A program made the position numbers and the translations under genes. Positions 31,854 to 39,567 of a stretch of 39,567 bases of DNA are shown here, piece by piece. Where the stretch lies: contig JAHINZ010000243.1 of the NCBI GenBank assembly GCA_018895795.1, positions 1 to 39,567 on the forward strand. The letters are read 5' to 3'. The first letter of the stretch is position 1; every line of letters begins with the position of its first letter. The DNA comes from Alphaproteobacteria bacterium. Its GTDB lineage: Bacteria; Pseudomonadota; Alphaproteobacteria; Caulobacterales; Caulobacteraceae. The notes below the pieces were generated by a model that was given only the letters and a program-made list of their open reading frames with translations, did no database searches and had not been told where the DNA came from.

Positions 31854-32031
31854 CAGATGCTCCCCCCTTGGGGAAGCTGTCGCCCCCGGGACCGGCCAGA
31901 GGCCGGCCCGAGGATAAACTCCGCGACTGAGGGGGCGGCGCGGGCCTAAGCCGACCTGGCGCGATCTGGATTGTCGCCGAGCAGCCCCCTCCGGCCCTCT
32001 GGGCCACCTCCCCCAAATGGGGGAGGATCTG
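31854..32031. repeat. Family-A CIR-like repeat with internal insertion
   Basis: Arms CAGATGCTCCCCCCTTGGGGAAG / CTCCCCCAAATGGGGGAGGATCTG, between convergent pyrF and ggt. Confidence 0.75.
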
Positions 32032-32035
32032 GCCG

Positions 32036-33730
32036 CTACTTCACCACCACCGCCACGCCGCGCGCCCTAGGATCCGCCGCTGGAACCGGCGTGCGACCCA
32101 CCACCTGAATGGCCTCGATATCGCCGTTATAGTCCTGGTCCTCCACGACATAGCCCAAGGCCTGCAGGCCCTGGCGCAGCTCGGCGGAGGCCGGCGCATA
32201 GGGCTCGAAGAAGATCGTGTCCTTCGGCAACAGTTGGTGGTGGAAGCGCTGGGCCTTCTGGGCGTCGGCCAGGGGCAAGCCGAAGTCATAGACATCGGCC
32301 AGCACCTGGAACACCGAGGTGAAGATCCGCGAGCCGCCCGGCGTGCCGATCACCATGGCGACCTTGCCGGCCTTGGTCAGGATGGTCGGGGTCATTGACG
32401 ACAAAGGCCGCTTGCCCGGCGCGATGGCGTTGGCCGAACCGCCGACCACGCCGAACATGTTGGGCGCGCCAGGCTTGGCCGAGAAGTCGTCCATCTCGTC
32501 ATTGAGCAGGAAGCCCGCCCCCTCGACCACCACGCCCGAGCCGAACCAGCCGTTGAGGGTATAGGTGTTGGACACCGCATTGCCCCAGCGGTCGACGACC
32601 GAGAAGTGGGTGGTCTGCGGCTTTTCCAGGCCCGGGACCACCGCCAGGGTCGGCGAAGGCTTGGCCGGGTCGATCTCGCCGGCCCGGCGGGCCAGATAGG
32701 CTGGGGCGATCAGGGCCGCGACCGGGACCTTCACGACGTCCGGATCGCCCAGATATTCGGCGCGGTCGGCGAACACCCGCTTTTCGATCTCCGAGACGAG
32801 ATGGACGTACTGGGGGCTGTTCAGCGGCGCGCCCTTGAACAGCTTGGCGGCGTCCTGCTTCATCAGCAGCAGCTGCATGAGGGCGATCCCGCCCGAGCTG
32901 GGCGGCGGGGCGGTGATCACCTCATAGCCGCGCCAGCTGGCCTGAAGGGGCTCGCGCCAGACGGCCTTGTAGGCGGCCAGGTCGGCCTTGGTGATCAGGC
33001 CCTTGACCGGTCCGCGCGCCATCTGGGCGACGATCAGCGCGGCGGTCTGGCCCTCGTAGAAGGCCTTGTCGCCGCCCTTGGCGATGCGGGTCAGGGTGTC
33101 GGCCAGGGCCGGCTGGCGGAACACCTGGCCCGCCTTCAGCCCGCCGAAATGGGCCTCGAAATTGGTCTCTTGTCCCTTCTGGGCGAAGGGCGCGCGGCTG
33201 CCGTCCAGGATGCCGATCAGCTGCGGGGTGACCAGAAATCCGTCGCGGGCGTAGCCGATGGCCGGGGCCAGCACCTTGGCCCAAGGCAGCTTGCCGAACC
33301 GCTGGTGGGCCATGGCCATGCCGCGCACCGTGCCCGGCGTGCCGACGGCCAGGGCGCCGTATTGGCTGAGCGCGGCGATCGGCTCGCCGTCCGGGCCCAG
33401 ATACATGTCGGCCTTGGCGGCGGCCGGGGCGGTCTCGCGGTAGTCGAGAAAATAGGGCTTGCCGTCGACCAGCAGGGTCATGAACCCGCCGCCGCCCAGA
33501 TTGCCGGCCTCGGGATAGGTGACGGCCAGGGCGAAGGCCGTGGCCACCGCCGCGTCGACGGCGTTGCCGCCGGCTTTGAGGATCCGCTCGGCCGCCAGGG
33601 CGCCGTAGCGGTCCGGCGAAGCGACCGCGCCGGCGGTGAGGGCGGGCTGGGGCGGCTTGGCCAGAACCGGCGGCGCGGCGAACAAGAAGGCGGCGGCGAG
33701 CGCCGCGCTGAACCGGGCTAACAGACGCAA
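32036..33730 (-). CDS. ggt: Gamma-glutamyltransferase
   Basis: Signal peptide, GGNAVDAA, TTHFSVVD autocleavage site, KRPLSSMTP, GTPGGSRI. Confidence 0.95.
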   Translation of the reverse strand: MRLLARFSAALAAAFLFAAPPVLAKPPQPALTAGAVASPDRYGALAAERILKAGGNAVDAAVATAFALAVTYPEAGNLGGGGFMTLLVDGKPYFLDYRETAPAAAKADMYLGPDGEPIAALSQYGALAVGTPGTVRGMAMAHQRFGKLPWAKVLAPAIGYARDGFLVTPQLIGILDGSRAPFAQKGQETNFEAHFGGLKAGQVFRQPALADTLTRIAKGGDKAFYEGQTAALIVAQMARGPVKGLITKADLAAYKAVWREPLQASWRGYEVITAPPPSSGGIALMQLLLMKQDAAKLFKGAPLNSPQYVHLVSEIEKRVFADRAEYLGDPDVVKVPVAALIAPAYLARRAGEIDPAKPSPTLAVVPGLEKPQTTHFSVVDRWGNAVSNTYTLNGWFGSGVVVEGAGFLLNDEMDDFSAKPGAPNMFGVVGGSANAIAPGKRPLSSMTPTILTKAGKVAMVIGTPGGSRIFTSVFQVLADVYDFGLPLADAQKAQRFHHQLLPKDTIFFEPYAPASAELRQGLQALGYVVEDQDYNGDIEAIQVVGRTPVPAADPRARGVAVVVK

Positions 33731-33856
33731 GACAACGGCCTCCCTGGGATGAGAGCCCGACGTTAGTCGATACTGGCCGCGCTAGAAGCCCTGACAACGA
33801 AGGACGCCGCGATTTTCGGCGGGAGCGGGACGGAATGGAGCACATTCCCTCAATCA

Positions 33857-33993
33857 ACCGTCGTTCCCGCCCTTGTGGCGGGAACCTCTGGTTCAGCTGA
33901 ACCGTGAGCCGCCAGCGAAGTGCGCGCGCACTTCGCCCCTCCCGCACCTGCGGCGGAAAGAGGGGTTCCCGCCACAAGGGCGGGAATGACGGT
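33857..33993. repeat. Family-B palindromic repeat
   Basis: Arms ACCGTCGTTCCCGCCCTTGTGGCGGGAACC / GGTTCCCGCCACAAGGGCGGGAATGACGGT; second copy at 39451. Confidence 0.85.
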
Positions 33994-34003
33994 GCGTTTA
34001 CTG

Positions 34004-34184
34004 GCCCCATCTTCGCCCTCCGCGAAGGGAGCCATCCTTACATCTCACGGCGAGACGATCGCCGGACTGTAGAGGTTGCTCAAGGACGACGCCCTCGCGT
34101 CGCCGCGGAGCGGCTGGCCGCAGGCCAGTCCTTGACCAACCTCTACAGTCCGGCACGCTGCAGCCTCCAAGAGATGTAAGGATG
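34004..34184. repeat. Family-C branched palindromic element
   Basis: CATCCTTACATCTC / GAGATGTAAGGATG terminal inverted repeat plus an 18-bp inner stem. Confidence 0.85.
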
Positions 34185-34199
34185 AGCGGGACGCGAGGC

Positions 34200-34249
34200 G
34201 TCCGCTTTTTGGCAATGAGCCAAAGGCCGCTTTCGACCCAAGCGGACAT
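34200..34249. repeat. Short GTCCGC/GCGGAC hairpin repeat (family D)
   Basis: GTCCGCTT...CCGCTTTCGACCCAAGCGGAC. Confidence 0.55.
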
Positions 34250-34390
34250 AGATCCTTCTCCCCTTGCGGGAGAAGGTGTCGGCCGAAGGCTGACGGATGA
34301 GGGGTCGAAAGTCCTGTCCGGCAGGGCCGAGAGACCCCTCATCCGACCTGCTACGCAGGCCACCTTCTCCCGCAAGGGGAGAAGGGTCTA
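34249..34390. repeat. Family-A CIR-like repeat
   Basis: TAGATCCTTCTCCCCTTGCGGGAGAAGGTG / CACCTTCTCCCGCAAGGGGAGAAGGGTCTA. Confidence 0.85.
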
Positions 34391-34488
34391 AAGCCCGCCC
34401 ACCACCCGTTGGAGACCCCCGCGAAGTCCGGTAGGGACGCCGGCCTGATTTCCGTTCCCGCCCGTGCGATCGGGGAGACGCCCAGCCC

Positions 34489-34704
34489 TCAGAAATCCAC
34501 CGCCACGCCCTTACGCTCCCAGTCGCCGTAGCGGGTCGGCTCGGGGCCGTCGCGGCCGCCTTTTTCCTCGGCCATGGCCACGGCCTGAGCGGCGGCGCGG
34601 CGCTCGGCGGCTTCGGCCAGGGCGCGCTGGGCGGCGGGGGGCAGCACCTTGTCGGGGGCGGGGGCCAAGGCCTCTGGGTTCGGGGTGTTTTCGATCTCGG
34701 ACAT
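34489..34704 (-). CDS. DUF1674 (SDHAF4-like) protein
   Basis: EKGGRDGPEPTRYGDWERKG motif. Confidence 0.9.
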   Translation of the reverse strand: MSEIENTPNPEALAPAPDKVLPPAAQRALAEAAERRAAAQAVAMAEEKGGRDGPEPTRYGDWERKGVAVDF

Positions 34705-34783
34705 GCCGTTCCGATAGCATGAAGCCCGCGCCAAATCATCCAAGCCCCTTGCGCTTGGTCGCGTCACAAGGCACGGCGGGGCG

Positions 34784-36067
34784 GTGACTCAGGAAATCAA
34801 TGACGGCCTGCCCGCCCGGGAAGCCGCGCTAACCCTCATGGACGCGGCTCTGTCGCGTCGCGGCGGCCTCGACGAGGCGGCGTCGGCCCACGGCTTCCGC
34901 TTTCTGGAGCCGCGCGAGCGCGCCTTCGCCCGCGCCCTGGCCATGGCCGCCCTGCGCCGGCTGGGGCCGATCGACCGCGCTTTGTCGACCAAACTGCAGA
35001 AGGAGCCGCCGCCGCGCGTGCGCAACCTGCTGCGCCTGGGCGCGGTCCAGGCCTTCTATCTGGAGGTCCCCGCCTTCGCGGCCGTGGCCACCACCGTGGA
35101 GATGGCCGGCATCAACAAGACCAGCCGTCCGTTCAAGGGCCTGGTCAACGCCGTGCTGCGCGGCCTGCTGCGCGACGGCCCGCCGTCCGATGATCCCGAA
35201 CACCTGGCTCCGCCGTGGCTGTTCACCCGCTGGACCGCCGCCTGGGGCCCGCAGACCGCCCGCCTTGTCGCCGCCGAGATCGCCAACGAGCCCGCCACCG
35301 ACCTGTCGCTGAAGGATCCGGCCCTGGCCGAGTCCTGGGCGCAGCGGCTGGAAGGCGAGATCCTGACGGGCGGCACGCTGCGTCTGGCCCGCAAGGGCGA
35401 CGTCGCCGCCTGGCCCGGCTTCGAGGAAGGCGGCTGGTGGGTGCAGGACGCCGCCGCCGCCATCCCGGCCCGCCTGCTGAACATCAAGCCCGGCGACACC
35501 GCCGTCGACCTGTGCGCCGCGCCCGGCGGCAAGAGCCTGCAACTGGCCGCGGCCGGCGCGATCGTCACCGCCGTCGACCGCTCGGCCGCCCGGCTGGAGC
35601 GCCTGACCGACAATTTCCGCCGCATGGCCCTGACCGCCGAGGTCGTGGTCGCCGACGCCGGGGCCTGGGACGACACGCGCACCTTCGACGCCGTGCTGCT
35701 GGACGCCCCCTGCTCGGCCACCGGCACCTTCCGCCGTCACCCCGACGTGCTGTGGGCCGCCCGGCCCGGCGACGTGGCCAGCCTGGCCGCCGTCCAGGCC
35801 CGCCTGCTCGACGCCGCCGCCGACAAGACCAAGATCGGCGGACGCCTGGTCTATTGCGTCTGCTCGCTGGAGCCCGAAGAGGGTGAAGGCCAGGTCGAGG
35901 CCTTCCTGGCGCGCCGCCCAGACATGCGCCTGGACCCCATCGCCTCGGAAGAGGCCGGCGCCCCCGCCGCCAGCCTGACCGCGCGCGGAACCCTGCGCCT
36001 GCTGCCCCATCAGCGGGACGGCGGCCAGGACGGCTTCTTCGCGGCCCGGTTCGTCCGACACGGTTAA
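34784..36067 (+). CDS. rsmB: RsmB/NOP-family RNA m5C methyltransferase with NusB-like N-terminal domain
   Basis: VNAVLR, WVQD, DLCAAPGGK, LLDAPCSATG, DGFFAARF. Confidence 0.88.
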   Translation: MTQEINDGLPAREAALTLMDAALSRRGGLDEAASAHGFRFLEPRERAFARALAMAALRRLGPIDRALSTKLQKEPPPRVRNLLRLGAVQAFYLEVPAFAAVATTVEMAGINKTSRPFKGLVNAVLRGLLRDGPPSDDPEHLAPPWLFTRWTAAWGPQTARLVAAEIANEPATDLSLKDPALAESWAQRLEGEILTGGTLRLARKGDVAAWPGFEEGGWWVQDAAAAIPARLLNIKPGDTAVDLCAAPGGKSLQLAAAGAIVTAVDRSAARLERLTDNFRRMALTAEVVVADAGAWDDTRTFDAVLLDAPCSATGTFRRHPDVLWAARPGDVASLAAVQARLLDAAADKTKIGGRLVYCVCSLEPEEGEGQVEAFLARRPDMRLDPIASEEAGAPAASLTARGTLRLLPHQRDGGQDGFFAARFVRHG

Positions 36068-36127
36068 CCGCCAAGCGCGGCAACGCGTTCGCTTGTCGCG
36101 CGAGGCTTGCGCGGTTAAGCCAGGGGC

Positions 36128-36790
36128 ATGACCGCGTTCCCGATCATCGCCCCGTCCATCCTCGCCTCGGATTTCGCCAAGCTCGGCCAGGAGGTCGCCG
36201 CCATCGAGGCGGCCGGCGCCGACTGGGTGCATGTCGACGTGATGGACGGCCACTTCGTGCCCAACATCACCCTGGGCCCCGACATCGTCAAAGCCATCCG
36301 GCCGCACGCCAAGATCCCGTTCGACGTGCATCTGATGATCAGCCCGGCGGATCCTTATCTCGAGGCGTTCCGCGCCGCCGGCGCCGACATCATCAGCATC
36401 CACCCCGAGGCGGGGCCGCACCTGCACCGCTCGCTCAAGCGCATCCGCGAGCTGGGGGCCAAGGCCGGGGTGGTGTTCAACCCCTCGACCGGCCTGGACC
36501 ATGTCGAGTGGATCCTGGAGGATGTCGACCTGCTGCTGGTCATGAGCGTCAATCCGGGCTTTGGCGGCCAAAGCTTCATTCCCGGCCAGCTGCGCAAGGT
36601 GGAAGCCCTGCGCGGGATGGTCGACAAGGCGGGCCTGGACATCATCATCGAGGTCGACGGCGGCGTCACCCCGGCCACCGCGCCGCAGTGCGTGTCCGCC
36701 GGGGCCACCGCCCTGGTCGCCGGCTCGGCGGTGTTCAAGGGCGGTCCGGCCGCCTATGCCGGCAATATCCGCGCGCTGAAGGGCGACTGA
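36128..36790 (+). CDS. rpe: Ribulose-phosphate 3-epimerase
   Basis: IAPSIL, HVDVMDGHFVPN, MSVNPGFGGQ, EVDGG. Confidence 0.97.
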   Translation: MTAFPIIAPSILASDFAKLGQEVAAIEAAGADWVHVDVMDGHFVPNITLGPDIVKAIRPHAKIPFDVHLMISPADPYLEAFRAAGADIISIHPEAGPHLHRSLKRIRELGAKAGVVFNPSTGLDHVEWILEDVDLLLVMSVNPGFGGQSFIPGQLRKVEALRGMVDKAGLDIIIEVDGGVTPATAPQCVSAGATALVAGSAVFKGGPAAYAGNIRALKGD

Positions 36791-36798
36791 TCAAGCGG

Positions 36799-38541
36799 AT
36801 GGTCGCCAAACGCCTCGCTCGCGGCATGCCCAGGCTTCCCGCCGTTCCGCGCGGCGGCGTCCTGACGCGAGCGATCGGCGCCAATCTCAAGACCCATGTC
36901 GAGCGCGAGTGGTTCGGCTCGCCGCCGCACCGCCTGCTGCTGTCCCTGCCCAAGCCGCGCGGCCTGGCCGCCCACCCCCACGATCCGCGCCCGATCGACG
37001 CCGAGCACGGCAAGAAGATCCTGGCCGGCGTCATGACCCTGTCGGGCGGCGCCCTGCGGCTGGGCGAAACGGGCGATCCGTTCGACACCCCCAGCCCCAC
37101 GCGGCGCTTCGCCCTGGCCCTGCACCGCTTCGACTGGCTGCCCGACCTGGCCGCCGCCGGCCCCCAGGACGGCAAGAATGACGGGGCCCGGCGGGCCCTG
37201 CGCCTGCTGGACGACTGGCGGCGGGTGTTCGGGGCCTGGAACGCCTTCAGCTGGAGCGGCGAGTGCCTGGAGCGGCGGGTGTTCCACCTGGCCTGCGCGG
37301 CCCGCGCCCTGGCCGCCGAAGGCTCCGACGCCGAGGTCGCCGACCTGACGCTGGACCTGGCCCGCGGGGCTCGACAGCTGTTCAAGGCCTCCGACGCCCC
37401 CGAACGCGGGCTGGAGCGCGCCGTGGTTGCCACGATCGCCGGCTGCGTGCTGGCCGGCCCGCCCGGCGATCGGCTGATCGACAAGGGCCTGAAGATCATC
37501 GCCACCCAGATCGACCGCGTGGTGCTGGGCGACGGTGGTCACGCCAGCCGCTCGCCCGAGGCGGGGCTGGAGCTGCTGTTCGACCTGCTGACCCTGGACG
37601 ACGCCCTGGGCCAGCGCGGCCGCCCCTCGCCCGAGGCGGTGTCGCGGGCCATCGATCGCCTGGCCTCGGCCACCCGCTTCTTCACCCTGGCCGACGGGCA
37701 TCTGGCCGCCTTCCACGGCGGCGAGGCCGTGCCCGGGGCCCGGATCGCCGCCGCCCTGGCCCATGACGACGCCGGCCCGCGCCCGCCCAACTCGGCCGCG
37801 CACGCCGGCTATGAGAAGATGCAGGGCGGCAGCCTGCAGGTGATGGCCGACACCGGCCCGCCGCCGATCGGCCCGCTCAGCCGCGCCGCCTGCGCCCAGC
37901 CGGCCGCGCTCGAGATCGTCTGCAACAAGGACCGGCTGATCACCAGCTGCGGCTGGAGCCCCGAAGCCGGCGGGGCCCAGGCCTTTCGCCTGTCGGACGC
38001 CGCCTCCACCGTCTCGGTCGGCGACGGCTCGGCCGGCCGACCGCTGTCGGGCTTCCGCGCCCAGGCCCTGGGCCCGTGGCTGGTCGACGGCGCCACCGCC
38101 GTGCAGGTCACCCGCCACGACGCCGACAACGGCGTGTGGCTGGATATCAGCCATGACGGCTGGCGGCGGCTGGGCCTGACCCACGCCCGCCGGCTGTTCC
38201 TGGACATCGCCCATGACGAACTGCGCGGCGAGGACAGCCTGCTGCCCCTCATCCCCGGCGACCCCGCCGGCCCCCGCCGCTACCTGCCCTTCGCCGTCCG
38301 TTTCCACCTGCACCCCGACGCCCGCGCCTCGATCGCCCGCGACGGCAAGAGCGTGCTGATCCGCGGCCCGTCCAATGTCGGCTGGTGGCTGCGCAATGAC
38401 GCGGTGGACGTCGAGATCGCGGCGTCAGCGCACTTCGATCATGGCCAGGCGCGCAAGGCGGGCCAGATCGTGCTGAAGAGCCAGGTGCGGCCGGAGATTG
38501 GCGCGAAGATCCGCTGGAAGCTGACGCGGGCGGAGGGGTAG
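36799..38541 (+). CDS. Heparinase II/III-family protein
   Basis: LHRFDWL, DGGHASRSP, HDGW, VRFHLHP; start taken at ATG 36799. Confidence 0.8.
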   Translation: MVAKRLARGMPRLPAVPRGGVLTRAIGANLKTHVEREWFGSPPHRLLLSLPKPRGLAAHPHDPRPIDAEHGKKILAGVMTLSGGALRLGETGDPFDTPSPTRRFALALHRFDWLPDLAAAGPQDGKNDGARRALRLLDDWRRVFGAWNAFSWSGECLERRVFHLACAARALAAEGSDAEVADLTLDLARGARQLFKASDAPERGLERAVVATIAGCVLAGPPGDRLIDKGLKIIATQIDRVVLGDGGHASRSPEAGLELLFDLLTLDDALGQRGRPSPEAVSRAIDRLASATRFFTLADGHLAAFHGGEAVPGARIAAALAHDDAGPRPPNSAAHAGYEKMQGGSLQVMADTGPPPIGPLSRAACAQPAALEIVCNKDRLITSCGWSPEAGGAQAFRLSDAASTVSVGDGSAGRPLSGFRAQALGPWLVDGATAVQVTRHDADNGVWLDISHDGWRRLGLTHARRLFLDIAHDELRGEDSLLPLIPGDPAGPRRYLPFAVRFHLHPDARASIARDGKSVLIRGPSNVGWWLRNDAVDVEIAASAHFDHGQARKAGQIVLKSQVRPEIGAKIRWKLTRAEG

Positions 38542-38544
38542 GGG

Positions 38545-39228
38545 GTGCTGCTTCAGGACCGCTACCTCACCCGTACACTTAGAATTCGATACGCTCACGG
38601 ACCCGGCAGCGCGATCATGATCTGCGTGAGAGGAAGGGGCTATCTAGTCACGGCTCGCCACGTAGTCGAAGGCATTCAGGCTGGCGAGAATATCGAATTC
38701 CGGGTCGATGACGTGTGGATGCCCATCCCTATTAGGCAGGCGAAGCTCAGCGAACTTGATGACATCGCCATATTGATTTCCGATAACGTAAATGAACAGG
38801 GCCTCGACGAGGCGCTAATTTCAGGGCTCCTAACTGTAGGTCAGCCAGTCGCCTACTGTGGCTTTCCGCTTGGCTTGGAGGGTGTGGCTCCTGCTGGCCA
38901 TCGCTGGCCTATCCCGCTGGTCAAAGCAGCAACTTACAGCGGCTCAATACTGCAAAACGGCCGCATGGTTCATCTCTTCGATACGTTGAACAACAAGGGC
39001 TTCAGCGGAGGACCAATATTCGCTCAGGATCCGGCAGGTATGGTGAAGCTCGCCGCGATAGTTTCTGGGTATCATTTTGACCGGCATTTGGATGTGATGC
39101 GTCGCGCGGAGGGCGGGGTGTTTGAGCCCGTGCCCGATTTCGCCGTGCAACCGAACAGCGGCTTCATGAAGGCCGTTCCTATTCCGCGCGCTTTAGAGCT
39201 CGTCGCGGAGATAGAGAATGGCGAGTAG
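38545..39228 (+). CDS. Cytoplasmic trypsin-like serine protease (AT-richer insertion)
   Basis: LVTARHVV (His), DDIAIL (Asp), NKGFSGGP (Ser); no signal peptide. Confidence 0.8.
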   Translation: MLLQDRYLTRTLRIRYAHGPGSAIMICVRGRGYLVTARHVVEGIQAGENIEFRVDDVWMPIPIRQAKLSELDDIAILISDNVNEQGLDEALISGLLTVGQPVAYCGFPLGLEGVAPAGHRWPIPLVKAATYSGSILQNGRMVHLFDTLNNKGFSGGPIFAQDPAGMVKLAAIVSGYHFDRHLDVMRRAEGGVFEPVPDFAVQPNSGFMKAVPIPRALELVAEIENGE

Positions 39229-39238
39229 CTTCTCATGC

Positions 39239-39429
39239 GCCCCAGCGCAGAGCCAGCCTTACATCTCTTGGAGGCTGCAGCGTGCCGGTCTGGACAGGTT
39301 GGTCAAGGACCGGTCTTCGACCGGCCGCTCCGCGGCGGCCCGCAGGGCCGTCCTTGAGCAACCTGTCCAGACCGGCGATCGTCTCGCCGTGAGATGTAAG
39401 GATGGCTCCCCGCGGCGCGGAGGCGGGGC
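39239..39429. repeat. Family-C branched palindromic element (inverted relative to the 34004 copy)
   Basis: CCTTACATCTC / GAGATGTAAGG, inner stem GCCGGTCTGGACAGGTTG / CAACCTGTCCAGACCGGC. Confidence 0.85.
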
Positions 39430-39450
39430 GGGACGCTCATCCAATAGATC

Positions 39451-39567
39451 ACCATCATTCCCGCCCTTGTGGCGGGAACCCCTGGTTCAGCTGGCGCGTG
39501 AGACGCCAGCGAAGGGCGCGCGCCCTTCGCCCCTTCCGCACCTGCGGTGGACAGAGGGGTTCCCGCC
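39451..39567. repeat. Family-B palindromic repeat (truncated by window edge)
   Basis: Closely matches 33857-33973. Confidence 0.85.

Noticed and set aside
33904-34179. Similar small ORFs ending SLTNL..PARCSLQEM here and at 39259-39444
   Set aside because: The similarity only reflects translation of the family-C repeat; no evidence of coding
33857-34390. CRISPR array or autonomous IS element
   Set aside because: No regularly spaced direct repeats with unique spacers, no cas genes, no transposase

Overview
GC-rich alphaproteobacterial chromosome segment, very likely Caulobacter (shkA, cnoX, CIR-like GANTC-associated repeats). It is mostly housekeeping genes: shkA, ampG, rlmN, a UbiH/UbiL-type hydroxylase, cnoX, a ProX/YbaK-family deacylase, glmM/glmS, argG, kup, pyrF, ggt, an RsmB-family methyltransferase, rpe and a heparinase II/III-like gene. 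Several AT-richer orphan insertions and at least four families of palindromic intergenic repeats are interspersed, some in composite arrays. Most notable are (1) a densely base-paired ~410-nt non-coding region upstream of shkA (273-683), with a closing stem, GNRA-type loops and a long-range pseudoknot, a candidate large structured RNA I cannot assign to a known family; (2) an AT-richer HEPN plus partner two-gene cassette bounded by 11-bp inverted repeats; (3) a ~150-190 bp branched palindromic element whose copies show compensatory base changes. No CRISPR array, tRNA, rRNA, transposase or integrase was seen. All family calls come from motif recognition by eye, not database searches.
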